64,000 bases of DNA from an uncultured Candidatus Rokubacteria bacterium (GTDB taxonomy: Bacteria; Methylomirabilota; Methylomirabilia; Rokubacteriales; DASRDR01): assembly GCA_963799055.1 (NCBI GenBank), contig CAWCVP010000009.1:2299-66298 (forward strand), in the 5' to 3' direction. Within the stretch, counting starts at the first letter, position 1, and each line of letters begins with the position of its first letter. The position numbers were made by a program, and so were the translations under genes. Positions 28,019-37,291 of the stretch are shown here, one piece after another. The notes under the pieces were generated by a model. That model had not been told where the DNA came from. It saw nothing but the letters and a program-made list of their open reading frames with translations, and ran no database searches.

Positions 28019-29026
28019 ATGCGCGGTGAGCTGAGGAAGGATCCCGCGACCGGCAAGTGGGTGCTCGTCCGGCCTCGGGTACGTAACAATGGGGGACCCG
28101 GCCCGGGCGGTTGTCCCTTCTGCCCCGGGAACGAACACCACACTCCCCCCGAGATCGCTGCCTATCGTCCCCCGGCGGGCTCGAACGGCGACGGGTGGGA
28201 GGTGCGCGTCTTTCCCGAGCGGGATCCGTACTTCGTCATCGAGGAGAACCTGGTGCGCGAGGGCATCGGCATGTTCGACCGCATCTCGACGCGCGGGGCG
28301 AGCGAGATCGTGGTGGAGAGCCCTGACCACCACATGACGCTCGAGAGCGCGCAGGAGGTGCAGATCGAGCGGGTCCTGTGGATGTACCGGGATCGCGTCA
28401 AGGACCTCAAGCGGGACCTGAAGATCCGGAACGTGGTCGTCACGCGCCGGTACGGGAAGCCCGGGGCCCGTATCCGCCATCCGTACTCCCGCATCCTGGC
28501 GGCGCCGATCGTCTTCGACGACCTCCGGACGGAGCTGACCCAGGCGCGTGAGTACTACGCCTACAAGCACCGCTGCGTCTTCTGCGACACGATCCGGGAG
28601 GAGGTGGCGTCCGGGGACCGTCTGATCCAGGCAACGCCCCACTTCGTCGCGTTCGTGCCGTACGCCGCCCGGGTGCCGTTCGAGGTCCGAATCCTGCCGC
28701 GTCGTCATGCGCCGGCGTTCGAGGAGATCCTCCCCGAGGAGGTGACCGACCTGGCCCGGATGCTGAAGACCCTGGCCGGGCTCCTGGCCAAGGCGATCGG
28801 CGACCCCTCGTACGAGATCACGCTGCATACGTCCCCGAACCTGGCGATCAAGATCGTCCAGGGCGAGTGGGACACGATCGACCGCGACTACCACTGGCAC
28901 CTCGAGATCCTGGTCGGCCTGGAGCGCGCCATGGCGGTGTCCGGAATCGCGGTGACCGACATGCTCCCCGAGGAGGCCGCCCGGACCCTGCGAGAGGCCG
29001 GGTCGTCCGCCAGCCAGCCGGACTGA
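28019..29026 (+). CDS. GalT-like HIT-superfamily hexose-1-phosphate nucleotidyltransferase
   Basis: Track ORF 335 aa: CPFCPGNEHHTPPE zinc motif, CVFCD, and YHWHLEI (HxH active-site-like motif). Confidence 0.75.
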   Translation: MRGELRKDPATGKWVLVRPRVRNNGGPGPGGCPFCPGNEHHTPPEIAAYRPPAGSNGDGWEVRVFPERDPYFVIEENLVREGIGMFDRISTRGASEIVVESPDHHMTLESAQEVQIERVLWMYRDRVKDLKRDLKIRNVVVTRRYGKPGARIRHPYSRILAAPIVFDDLRTELTQAREYYAYKHRCVFCDTIREEVASGDRLIQATPHFVAFVPYAARVPFEVRILPRRHAPAFEEILPEEVTDLARMLKTLAGLLAKAIGDPSYEITLHTSPNLAIKIVQGEWDTIDRDYHWHLEILVGLERAMAVSGIAVTDMLPEEAARTLREAGSSASQPD

Positions 29027-29194
29027 CGTCCCCCGCCCAGGCCTGATCCCGCGCCATTCGTTCGGGCACTCCTGCCCGGACCGAATGTCGGTATGGTGAC
29101 ACTGGGCTAGGTGTCAGGGCGACAGGATCCCACCCGGGGTGGATTCGCCCGCCCCAAATGCTGAATTCTCCTACGGTTCCAAGCAGTTCTGGCC

Positions 29195-29223
29195 TTGACA
29201 GCCCCAGACCCCCGTGGCATCTT
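29195..29223 (+). promoter_or_regulatory. promoter candidate of the isc operon
   Basis: TTGACA (29195..29200), 17-nt spacer ending in TGG (extended -10 TGn), then CATCTT (29218..29223). Confidence 0.4.
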
Positions 29224-29228
29224 TAAGT

Positions 29229-29245
29229 CCGACCGAAATGGTCGG
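29229..29245. promoter_or_regulatory. perfect palindrome CCGACC-N5-GGTCGG between the promoter and iscR SD (candidate IscR/Rrf2 operator)
   Basis: CCGACCGAAATGGTCGG directly downstream of the -10 candidate and 16 nt before the GTG start of iscR. Confidence 0.45.
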
Positions 29246-29260
29246 CGATCGGAGGGGTCG

Positions 29261-29707
29261 GTGTTACGGTTCAGCAAGAAGGCCGACTACGGACTGATGG
29301 CGGTGCACTACATCGCCTTCCATCAGCACGACGGCGTCGTCAACGCCAAGCGGATCGCCGAAGACCTGGGAATCCCGGGGGAGCTCCTGGCGAAGATCCT
29401 TCAGCGTCTCGCGAAGGGGAAGCTGATCGCCAGCGTGAACGGCCCCAAGGGGGGATACGTGCTCGCACGGGAGCCCGGTCAGATCCGGGTCAGCGAGGTG
29501 CTGCGAGCGATCGAGGGACCGCTCGGCCTGGTGGGCTGCTACCGGACGATGCAGTGCGCGCAGCTCGAGCGCTGTAACATCCGGCGCCCGGTCCTGGCGA
29601 TCCAGACCGGCATCGAGCGGCTTCTGGAGACCATGACGCTGGAATCGATGAATACCCTGAGCGAGCCGCCGGCCGTGGTGCCGGGACTCGTCGCGATGCG
29701 GCACTGA
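29261..29707 (+). CDS. iscR: Rrf2-family Fe-S cluster regulator IscR
   Basis: GTG after GGAGGGG inside track ORF 29195..29707: MLRFSKKADYGLMAVHYIA...AKRIAEDLGIPGELLAKILQRLAKGKLIASVNGPKGGY. Three Cys (CYRTMQCAQLERC) as cluster ligands. Confidence 0.85.
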   Translation: MLRFSKKADYGLMAVHYIAFHQHDGVVNAKRIAEDLGIPGELLAKILQRLAKGKLIASVNGPKGGYVLAREPGQIRVSEVLRAIEGPLGLVGCYRTMQCAQLERCNIRRPVLAIQTGIERLLETMTLESMNTLSEPPAVVPGLVAMRH

Positions 29708-29720
29708 GGAGACGGCACTC

Positions 29721-30951
29721 ATGGCAGTGAAGTTCCCGATCTTCATGGACAGCAACTCGACCACTCCGGTCGATCCTCGGGTGCTCGAGGCGATGATCCC
29801 GTACTTCACGGAGCGGTTCGGGCATCCCGGAAGCCGCAACCACTCGTTCGGGTGGGAGGCGGAGTCCGGCATGGAGCGGGCCCGCGAGCAGCTGGCCCGG
29901 CTGATCGGGGCGCGCGACCCCAAGGAGCTGGTCTGGACCTCGGGAGGCACCGAGGCGGACAACCTCGCGATCAAGGGCGTCGTCGAGATGTACCGGGAGA
30001 AGGGCGATCACATCGTCACGGCGATGACGGAGCAGCGCGCCGTCCTCGACCCCTGCCGGCGACTCGAGAAGCAGGGCGTCGCCCGGGTGACCTATCTGCC
30101 CGTGGACGCGATGGGCGTGGTCGATCCCGAGGCGCTCCGCCAGGCCATCACCGACCGGACCGTCCTGGTCTCCATCATGCTCGCCAACAACGAGATCGGG
30201 ACCATCCAGGCGGTTTCCGGACCTGAGCCGTGTCGCGAAGGAGCGGGGCGTCCTGTTCCACACGGACGCGACCGAGGCCGTCGGCAAGATCCCGGTCGAC
30301 GTCGAGAAGATGGGCATCGATCTCCTCTCGTGCACCGCGCACAAGATCTACGGCCCCAAGGGCATCGGGGCGCTGTACGTGCGCCGGCGCAACCCGCGTG
30401 TCCGGATCGCGCCCATGATCGACGGCGGCGGCCACGAGCGCGGCGCCCGCTCCGGGACGGTTCCCGTGGCGCTGGCGGTGGGCTTCGGCCGCGCGGCCGA
30501 GATCTGCCGCGAGGTCATGCCCGAGGAGGCGACCCGGTTGGCCCGGCTCCGTGACCGGCTGCAGGACCGGATCCTGTCCTCGGTGGACGAGGCGTACCTG
30601 AACGGCCACCCCGAGCGCCGGCTGCCGCACACCCTCAACATCTCGTTCGCGTACGTCGAGGGTGAATCGATCCTGATGGGGCTCAACAAGGAAGTCGCGC
30701 TGTCGTCCGGGTCGGCCTGCACCTCGTCCACCCTCGAGCCGTCGTACGTCATCCAGGCGCTCGGCGTGGGCGCTGACCTCGCGCACTCCTCGATCCGGTA
30801 CGGCCTGCACCGGTTCACGACGGAGGACGAAGTGGACGTCGTGGCGGATCGGACGATCGACGTCGTGAAGCGGCTCCGTGAGATGTCGCCGCTCTACGAG
30901 CTGGCGAAAGAAGGCGTGGACATCAAGTCCATCCAGTGGAAGGCTGAGTAA
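29721..30951 (+). CDS. iscS: cysteine desulfurase IscS, with an apparent +1 frame break near 30220
   Basis: Track ORFs 29721..30554 and 30310..30951 join at TCCGGACC: ...MLANNEIGTIQAVS / DLSRVAKERGVLFHTDATEAVGKIPVDVEKMGIDLLSCTAHKIYGPKGIGALY...SSGSACTS...SIQWKAE. Confidence 0.9.
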
Positions 30952-30965
30952 AGGAGACGCCGCCC

Positions 30966-31382
30966 ATGGCCTACAGCGATAAGGTGATCGACCACTACAG
31001 CAACCCCCGGAACGTCGGGTCCTTCGGCAAGGACACGCCGGGTCTCGGGACCGGGCTCGTCGGCGCGCCCGAGTGCGGCGACGTGATGAAGCTGCAGATC
31101 AAGGTCAACCTGGACACCGGCGTCATCGAGGACGCCAAGTTCAAGACCTTCGGCTGCGGCTCGGCCATCGCCAGCTCGAGCCTGGCCACCGAGTGGCTCA
31201 AGGGCAAGAGCGTCGACGATGCCCTGAAGATCAAGAACACGGACATCGTGAACGAGCTGAAGCTGCCGCCGGTCAAGATCCATTGCTCGGTGCTGGCCGA
31301 GGACGCGATCAAGGCGGCGATTCGAGACTTCCAGGAGAAGTGGGCCGAGAAGCAGGCGCTGGCGGCTCAGGCCCAGCAGTAG
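30966..31382 (+). CDS. iscU: Fe-S cluster scaffold IscU
   Basis: Track ORF 138 aa: MAYSDKVIDHYSNPRNVGSF...GAPECGDVMKLQI...FKTFGCGSAIASSS...LPPVKIHCSVLAEDAIKAA. Confidence 0.95.
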   Translation: MAYSDKVIDHYSNPRNVGSFGKDTPGLGTGLVGAPECGDVMKLQIKVNLDTGVIEDAKFKTFGCGSAIASSSLATEWLKGKSVDDALKIKNTDIVNELKLPPVKIHCSVLAEDAIKAAIRDFQEKWAEKQALAAQAQQ

Positions 31383-31420
31383 GGCCGACGCGGAAACGAT
31401 TCGAGGGAGGACGGACGACC

Positions 31421-31747
31421 ATGGCCGTGTCGATGACGCCGGTGGCGGTCAGCCGGGTCAAGGAGCTCATGACCGCCCAGAAGCTCGACAACGCCTTCCT
31501 GCGCATGGGCGTGCGGGGCGGCGGCTGCTCGGGCATGTCCTACGACCTCCAGTTCGACAGCGAGCTGCGGAAGCACGACAAGCAGTTCGAGGTCGACGGG
31601 GTCAAGGTGGTCGTGGACGTGAAGAGCTACCTCTACCTGAACGGGACGACGCTGGACTTCGTCACCCAGGGTCTGACCGGCGGCTTCACCTTCGTCAATC
31701 CAAAGGCGAAGTCGAGCTGCGGCTGCGGCACGTCGTTCACGGCCTGA
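31421..31747 (+). CDS. iscA: A-type Fe-S carrier IscA
   Basis: Internal ATG of track ORF 31073..31747: MAVSMTPVAVSRVKELM...LRMGVRGGGCSGMSYDL...FVNPKAKSSCGCGTSF. Confidence 0.9.
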   Translation: MAVSMTPVAVSRVKELMTAQKLDNAFLRMGVRGGGCSGMSYDLQFDSELRKHDKQFEVDGVKVVVDVKSYLYLNGTTLDFVTQGLTGGFTFVNPKAKSSCGCGTSFTA

Positions 31748-31811
31748 GCGGGTAACGGGGGCGGGGCGAGCGGCATCCCGACCTGAGTCGAGGCGGAGCG
31801 GACAGGGATCT

Positions 31812-31846
31812 GACCGGGCCTCCTCCTCGAGGCCCGGTCGGCGTTT
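31812..31846 (+). terminator. intra-operon stem-loop with a short T tract between iscA and hscB
   Basis: GACCGGGCCTC (31812..31822), 6-nt loop, GAGGCCCGGTC (31829..31839), then GGCGTTT. Perfect 11-bp stem. Confidence 0.5.
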
Positions 31847-31859
31847 GAGGGGTCAATCG

Positions 31860-32546
31860 GTGGGTGAGGCGGAGCGGAACGGATCGAAGTGCTGGAGCTG
31901 CGGCGCGGCGGCGCCTCCGGGAGACGCTTGCCCGGAGTGCGGCCGGCTCCAGCCATTCGCGCCCGGGAGCGACCACTGGACCGTGCTGGGGCTGACGCGA
32001 CGGCTCCGCCTGGACCGTGGTGACCTCGAGCGGCGCTTCCACGCGCTGAACCGGCGGCTTCACCCGGACTACTTCCGCCTGCGCTCCCCGGAAGAGCAGG
32101 CCATCAGCCTCGAGGCGTCGGCGGCGGTGAACTCGGCGTATCGCGCGCTGCGCGATCCGGTGAGCCGGGTGGAGTACCTCCTGGAGCTGGAGGGTCTGGG
32201 GCTCGGCACCGCCGGTCAGGCCAAGCCGCCGGCCGACCTCTTCGAGGAGATCCTGGAGCTCCAGGAGGCGCGGATGGAGCTTCCCATGGCCGGGCCCGAC
32301 GAGGCGCCCGCGCTCCGAGCCCGCCTGGAAGGCGCGCGGGCGGAGTTCGCGTCCCGCCGGAACGGTGCCGAGGCCGAGCTGGCCGCCCGCTTCCCGGAGT
32401 GGGACGACGGCGACACCGCGACGCGCCGGCGCCTTCTCGAGGCGATGCGGGACGTCCTGGCGACCCGGGCCTACCTGCGGACCGTCCTCCGCGACCTGGA
32501 CGCCGCGCTGGCCGTCTCAACCGATGGAGGACCGACGGACCGATGA
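31860..32546 (+). CDS. hscB: J-type co-chaperone HscB with an N-terminal CxxC...CxxC zinc-finger-like segment
   Basis: Track ORF 31845..32546; GTG 31860 preferred (GAGGGG SD). [18 protein letters not shown], then J-domain HWTVLGL...RRLHPDYF...[18 protein letters not shown]. Confidence 0.8.
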   Translation: MGEAERNGSKCWSCGAAAPPGDACPECGRLQPFAPGSDHWTVLGLTRRLRLDRGDLERRFHALNRRLHPDYFRLRSPEEQAISLEASAAVNSAYRALRDPVSRVEYLLELEGLGLGTAGQAKPPADLFEEILELQEARMELPMAGPDEAPALRARLEGARAEFASRRNGAEAELAARFPEWDDGDTATRRRLLEAMRDVLATRAYLRTVLRDLDAALAVSTDGGPTDR

Positions 32547-34411
32547 CGGATGCGACGATCGGCGAGACCCCGGCGGAGGTGATCGTCGGGATCGACCTGG
32601 GAACGACCAACAGCCTGGTCGCGTACATGGACCGGGGAGTGCCCCGCGTGATCCGGGACGCCGAGGGCCGGGGCCTCGTGCCGTCGGTGGTCGCGTTCGG
32701 GCCGGCCGGCGCCGTGGTCGGCGACGCGGCCCGGCGAATGCTCGTGCGCAACGCCGAGCGCGCGGTGTACTCGGTCAAGCGCTTCATGGGCAAGGGCTTC
32801 GAGGACGTCCGGGAGGAGCTCCGGTACTTCCCCTTCCAGGTCACTCCGAGCCAGGAGATCGTGCGCATCCGGATCGGTGACCGCGAGCTCACGCCGCCCG
32901 AGATCTCGGCGCTCATTCTCCGGGATCTTCGGTCGCGGGCGGAGCGGCACCTCGGACGCCCCGTGGAGAAGGCGGTCATCACCGTGCCCGCCTACTTCAA
33001 CGACGCGCAGCGCCAGGCCACGAAGGACGCGGGCCGGATCGCCGGCCTCGACGTGCTGCGGATCGTGAACGAGCCGACGGCCGCGTGCCTGGCCTACGGC
33101 CTCCAGCGGCGGAAGGAGGGCGTGATCGCCGTCTACGATCTGGGCGGCGGCACGTTCGACGTCTCGATCCTGAAGGTCAAGGACGGCGTCTTCGAGGTGC
33201 TCGCGACCAACGGCGACACGCACCTGGGCGGGGACGACTTCGACCGGGCGCTGGTCGATCTGGTGCTGGACGAGCTCCGGACGCGGCACCGGGTCGACGT
33301 GGCGTCCGAGGCCGACACCGTGCAGGAGATCCGCCTCGGCGTGGAGGCGGCCCGCGTCCTCCTCTCGAGCGAGGAGCGGACGGTGTTCGCCCTCCCGCTG
33401 CCGCAGCACGGTCTGACGTACCGCCGCGAGCTGACGCGGTCCGAGCTGGAGTCGATCATCGGTCCGATCGTGGACCGGACGCTCCAGCCGTGCCGGGCGG
33501 CCATCGCGGACTCCGGCCTGCCCGCCGCGGAGATCGACGAGGTCGTCCTCGTCGGCGGCGCCACTCGCACGCCGCTCGTGCGGCGACGAGTGCAGGAGCT
33601 GTTCGGCCGGATGCCGCACTCGGAGCTGAACCCCGACGAGGTCGTGGCCCTCGGAGCCGCCGTCCAGGCCGACATCCTCGCCGGCGGAACGACCCACATG
33701 CTGCTCCTCGACGTCACGCCGCTGTCGCTCGGGATCGAGACGCTCGGCGGCGCGGTGAGCGTCCTGATCCCGCGCAACACGACGGTTCCGACGTCCGCCA
33801 ACGAGGCGTTCACGACCTCGGTGGACGGGCAGTCGATCGTCGACATGCACGTCGTCCAGGGGGAGCGGGACCTCGCCAAGGACAACCGCAGCCTGGCCCG
33901 GTTCGACCTTTCGGGCATCCCGCCCATGCCGGCCGGGTTGCCCCGCATCGAGGTGACCTTCCTGATCGACGCCAACGGCATCCTGGGCGTGACGGCGAAG
34001 GAGGTCCGGAGCGGGACTCAGGCCTCGGTCGAGGTGCGGCCGACGTACGGGCTGAGCGAGTCCGAGGTCGAGCGGATGATCGACGAGTCGCTCGAGCACG
34101 CCGAGGCGGATGTCCGGGCCAGAAGCCTGATCGACGCGCGGAACGAAGCCGACACCGTTCTGCGGGCGACCGAGAAGGCGCTGGTCCAGGGGGCGGAGTA
34201 CCTCGATCCGGAAGAGGCGACGCGGATCCGCGCGACCGTGGCCGCCCTCGCCGGGGCGAGAGCAGGGGAGGATGCCGACGCGATCCGGGACGCGACGGCT
34301 CGCGTCAACGAGGCGACGCAGCGGCTGGCGGAGCACCTGATGGACTCCGCCCTCCGGGACACGCTCCGCGAGCGGCGCGTCGCCGACCTGCCGGCCGGAG
34401 AGGGGCGCTGA
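32543..34411 (+). CDS. hscA: Hsp70-type Fe-S chaperone HscA
   Basis: ATGA overlap with hscB; in-frame ATG in track ORF 32399..34411: [13 protein letters not shown]..., [46 protein letters not shown]. Confidence 0.95.
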   Translation: MTDATIGETPAEVIVGIDLGTTNSLVAYMDRGVPRVIRDAEGRGLVPSVVAFGPAGAVVGDAARRMLVRNAERAVYSVKRFMGKGFEDVREELRYFPFQVTPSQEIVRIRIGDRELTPPEISALILRDLRSRAERHLGRPVEKAVITVPAYFNDAQRQATKDAGRIAGLDVLRIVNEPTAACLAYGLQRRKEGVIAVYDLGGGTFDVSILKVKDGVFEVLATNGDTHLGGDDFDRALVDLVLDELRTRHRVDVASEADTVQEIRLGVEAARVLLSSEERTVFALPLPQHGLTYRRELTRSELESIIGPIVDRTLQPCRAAIADSGLPAAEIDEVVLVGGATRTPLVRRRVQELFGRMPHSELNPDEVVALGAAVQADILAGGTTHMLLLDVTPLSLGIETLGGAVSVLIPRNTTVPTSANEAFTTSVDGQSIVDMHVVQGERDLAKDNRSLARFDLSGIPPMPAGLPRIEVTFLIDANGILGVTAKEVRSGTQASVEVRPTYGLSESEVERMIDESLEHAEADVRARSLIDARNEADTVLRATEKALVQGAEYLDPEEATRIRATVAALAGARAGEDADAIRDATARVNEATQRLAEHLMDSALRDTLRERRVADLPAGEGR

Positions 34412-34414
34412 CCG

Positions 34415-34738
34415 ATGGCCCGATACCGAGTCACGTTCAAGTCGGCCGACGTCACCGTCGAGGTCGACGACAAGGACTTTCCGTACGGCGACCACGGGAG
34501 GCCGGGCTCATTGCTGGACATCGCGCTGCACCACGGGATCCGGATGGAGCACAACTGCGGCGGCAACTGTGCGTGCACGACGTGCCACGTCGTCGTCCGG
34601 CAGGGCGAGGAGAACCTCTCGCCCATGGAGCAGGACGAGGAGGATCGCCTGGACACGGCGACGGGGCTGACCCTCCACTCCCGGCTCGGCTGCCAGGCGA
34701 TCGTGCAGGGGGACGTCGTCGTCGACATCATCGACTGA
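34415..34738 (+). CDS. fdx: ISC-type [2Fe-2S] ferredoxin
   Basis: Track ORF 107 aa: HNCGGNCACTTCHVVV...HSRLGCQAIV. Confidence 0.9.
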   Translation: MARYRVTFKSADVTVEVDDKDFPYGDHGRPGSLLDIALHHGIRMEHNCGGNCACTTCHVVVRQGEENLSPMEQDEEDRLDTATGLTLHSRLGCQAIVQGDVVVDIID

Positions 34739-34752
34739 CAGGCGAGGGGACC

Positions 34753-35004
34753 ATGGGACTCACGTGGCAGGACTCCGAGGACATCGCGCTCGCGCTGGCG
34801 GAGCGGCATCCCGAGACCGACCCCCTGACGGTGCGGTTCACCGATCTCCACCGGTGGGTCACCGAGCTGCCGGGGTTCTCCGACGATCCGAAGGGATCGA
34901 CGGAGGGCAAGCTCGAGGCGATCCAGATGGCGTGGCTCGAGGAGTACCGCGCGGGCCGCGACGGAGCGGGCGACGCCGACGCCGCCCTACCAGGTGACGA
35001 CTGA
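34753..35004 (+). CDS. iscX: Fe-S assembly protein IscX
   Basis: In-frame ATG at the tail of track ORF 33085..35004: MGLTWQDSEDIALALAERHPETDPLTVRFTDLHRWVTELPGFSDDPKGSTEGKLEAIQMAWLEEY. Close to the E. coli IscX pattern. Confidence 0.85.
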   Translation: MGLTWQDSEDIALALAERHPETDPLTVRFTDLHRWVTELPGFSDDPKGSTEGKLEAIQMAWLEEYRAGRDGAGDADAALPGDD

Positions 35005-35250
35005 GTCGGCCGCGAAGATGAGGTCGAGGAGCTCTGGCGGTCCGATCGTGCGGGAGCCGGGCGCCGGCGGGAGACCGGTGTGGTCGCCGGACAGCCGGTA
35101 GACATCGCCCGGGAGGGGCTCCGCGAGGCCCAGGGCGTCCTGCATGAGCACGACCGAGAGCCGGACCTGCGGGTCGGCCGCCTGCGCGCGGATCACGTCG
35201 AGCGCGACGGCGTTGGCGGGGTCCTTGACGAGATGCAGAACGTGGGGCAC
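34987..35250 (-). CDS. DsrH/TusB-like sulfur-relay protein
   Basis: Track ORF 87 aa: MPHVLHLVKDP...VVLMQDAL...VYRLSGD...ADSVVTW (family-typical start and ..TW end). Confidence 0.6.
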   Translation of the reverse strand: MPHVLHLVKDPANAVALDVIRAQAADPQVRLSVVLMQDALGLAEPLPGDVYRLSGDHTGLPPAPGSRTIGPPELLDLIFAADSVVTW

Positions 35251-35256
35251 GGGCGC

Positions 35257-35619
35257 CTAGAAGGTCAGTGTTCGGCGGCTTCCGCTCAGGAGGCCGGCGA
35301 GGTCCGCCCGGTCGATCGGCGTCACCGCGACTCCGGCCGGGTTCCAGCCGGCGTCCGGCCGGATGGCGCGCCGCTCGACGTGGAAGCGCTGTCCGAGCTT
35401 CTTGAGCGTCGCCAGGTGCCTGGCCAGATCTTCCCCGTCCACGTAGTCCTCCACGTCGGCATCCAGCACCTTCGCGCCGGCTCCCAGGAGGGCGATGCTG
35501 ACGGCGTTCTCACCGGCCAGGATGCCGAGCGCGATGCGCACGGCTTCGTTGGCGCGGTGCGAGCTCTCGGGGTCGACGGACACGACGACGAGGACGGGGG
35601 TCTCGGTCTCGGGGGTCAT
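35257..35619 (-). CDS. DsrF/TusC-like sulfur-relay protein
   Basis: Track ORF 120 aa: VLVVVSVDPESSHRANEAVRIALGILAG...IALLGAGAKVL...RTLTF. Confidence 0.6.
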   Translation of the reverse strand: MTPETETPVLVVVSVDPESSHRANEAVRIALGILAGENAVSIALLGAGAKVLDADVEDYVDGEDLARHLATLKKLGQRFHVERRAIRPDAGWNPAGVAVTPIDRADLAGLLSGSRRTLTF

Positions 35620-35646
35620 GGGACGTCGACGGCTTTCCGGGTGCGG

Positions 35647-35937
35647 TCAGTTGAGCGCGACGAAGCGCTCCGTACCGTTGATCAGGTCGGTCAGCACGAC
35701 GAGGCCGCAGTACGTCGCCTTGTCGGTGATGGGCAGGCGACGCCGCTGGCAGCCGTAGGCGCAGACGAAGAGCTTCGCGCCGTGCCGACCCAGCGCGAGA
35801 ACGCGGTCGTCGTCGATGTTGCGGACGCCGTCGTCCACCAGGTAGAGGTAGAGATCCACGCCGCGGTCGAGGGCGGCTCGCGCAAGCGCGAGGCCGGTCT
35901 CCAGGTTGGGGTGCTGGGGATCCGTGGAGAGGAGCAT
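35647..35937 (-). CDS. DsrE/TusD-like sulfur-relay protein (short form)
   Basis: Internal ATG of track ORF 35647..36015: MLLSTDPQHPNLETGLALARAALDRGVDLYLYLVDDGV...KLFVCAYGCQRRRL (Cys at the TusD active-site-like position)...ERFVALN. Confidence 0.6.
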   Translation of the reverse strand: MLLSTDPQHPNLETGLALARAALDRGVDLYLYLVDDGVRNIDDDRVLALGRHGAKLFVCAYGCQRRRLPITDKATYCGLVVLTDLINGTERFVALN

Positions 35938-36010
35938 CCCGAGCTTGCGGCCGCGCAGATCCTGACTCGCGACCTGCCGCTGTGTGGGCCGCTCATCGCG
36001 CGCTAACGCT

Positions 36011-36029
36011 AGCATCCGGCCGGTATGCT
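36011..36029. promoter_or_regulatory. palindrome AGCAT-CCGGCCGG-T-ATGCT in the divergent dsrE-like / nifS-like intergenic region
   Basis: 5-bp arms flanking a self-complementary CCGGCCGG core. Overlaps a TATGCT -10-like hexamer (36024..36029). Confidence 0.3.
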
Positions 36030-36100
36030 GTCAACGCGCGGAGCCCCTCCCGGGCGTTCGAGCGGACGCGAGCCGGCCGCGTCACCAGGTGAGGAACGCC

Positions 36101-37255
36101 ATGCGCCGTGTCTATCTCGATCACAATGCCTCGACGCCGGTCCATCCCGACGTCCTGACCGCGATGCTGCCCTACTTCTCGGAGCGCTTCGGCAATGCGT
36201 CGAGCATCCACGGGTTCGGGCGCGAGGCGCGCGACGCCGTCGAGGCGGCGCGGGAGTCCATTGCCGTCTTCCTCGGGGTTTCGCCGGACGAGATCGTCTT
36301 CACCTCCGGCGGGACGGAATCGGACAACCTCGCCGTCAAGGGTGTCGCGGGCGCCCGACCCGGGGGGCACATCATCACGACCCAGGTCGAGCACCACGCC
36401 GTGCTCCGGACCTGCCAGGCGCTGGAGAAGGCCGGCCACCCGGTGACGTACCTGCCGGTGGACGGCGAGGGCTTGGTGGATCCGGACGACGTGCGCCGGG
36501 CGCTGCGTGCCGACACGGCCCTCATCTCCATCCAGTCGGCCAACAGCGAGGTCGGCACCGTGATGCCCATCGCGGAGATTGGCCGGGTCGCGGCGGATCG
36601 GGGCATCCCGCTCCACGTCGACGGTGTCCAGACCGTCGGCAAGCTTCCCCTGTCGGTCCGGGACGCCGGCGTGGCGCTCCTGTCGATGTCCTCGCACAAG
36701 ATCTACGGCCCCAAGGGCATCGGCGCGCTCTACGTCCGGAAGGGCACCCGGATGGTCTCCATCCAGCACGGCGGCGACCACGAGCGTCGGCGTCGGGCGG
36801 GCACGGAGAACGTGCCGGCCATCGTCGGCTTCGGCCGGGCGGTCGAGCTTCGCGCGCGCGACATGGCGGAGGAGGCCGGGCGGGTCTCGGCGCTTCGCGA
36901 TCGGCTGTGGGACGGGGTGCGGCAGGCCGTGCCGGACGTCAGGCTGAACGGCCACCCCGCGCGGCGGCTGCCCGGCACGCTCAACATGAGCTTCCGGGGC
37001 CTCGAGGCCGAGTCCCTCATCCTGGCGCTCGATCTGAAGGGCATCGGCGTCTCGGCGGGCTCGGCCTGCACGTCGGGCAGCCTCGAGCCGTCCTACGTGA
37101 TCACCGCCATGGGCGTTCCGCCCGAGTGGTCGCTCGGCGCCGTCCGCACGTCGCTCGGGGGCGGCACGACGGTCGACGACGTCGACTACGTGCTCGAGAT
37201 CCTGCCGGCGGCCGCCCACCGGATCCGCACCCTGTCGCCCGCCGGGGCGGCCTGA
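36101..37255 (+). CDS. NifS-like class I cysteine desulfurase (second copy)
   Basis: In-frame ATG of track ORF 35984..37255: MRRVYLDHNASTPVHPDVL..., FTSGGTESDNLA, SSHKIYGPKGIGALY, SAGSACTSGSLEPS. Confidence 0.9.
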   Translation: MRRVYLDHNASTPVHPDVLTAMLPYFSERFGNASSIHGFGREARDAVEAARESIAVFLGVSPDEIVFTSGGTESDNLAVKGVAGARPGGHIITTQVEHHAVLRTCQALEKAGHPVTYLPVDGEGLVDPDDVRRALRADTALISIQSANSEVGTVMPIAEIGRVAADRGIPLHVDGVQTVGKLPLSVRDAGVALLSMSSHKIYGPKGIGALYVRKGTRMVSIQHGGDHERRRRAGTENVPAIVGFGRAVELRARDMAEEAGRVSALRDRLWDGVRQAVPDVRLNGHPARRLPGTLNMSFRGLEAESLILALDLKGIGVSAGSACTSGSLEPSYVITAMGVPPEWSLGAVRTSLGGGTTVDDVDYVLEILPAAAHRIRTLSPAGAA

Positions 37256-37291
37256 CGGAGTCGAGGGGCGCGAGGGCCGCCTCCGGGTACC

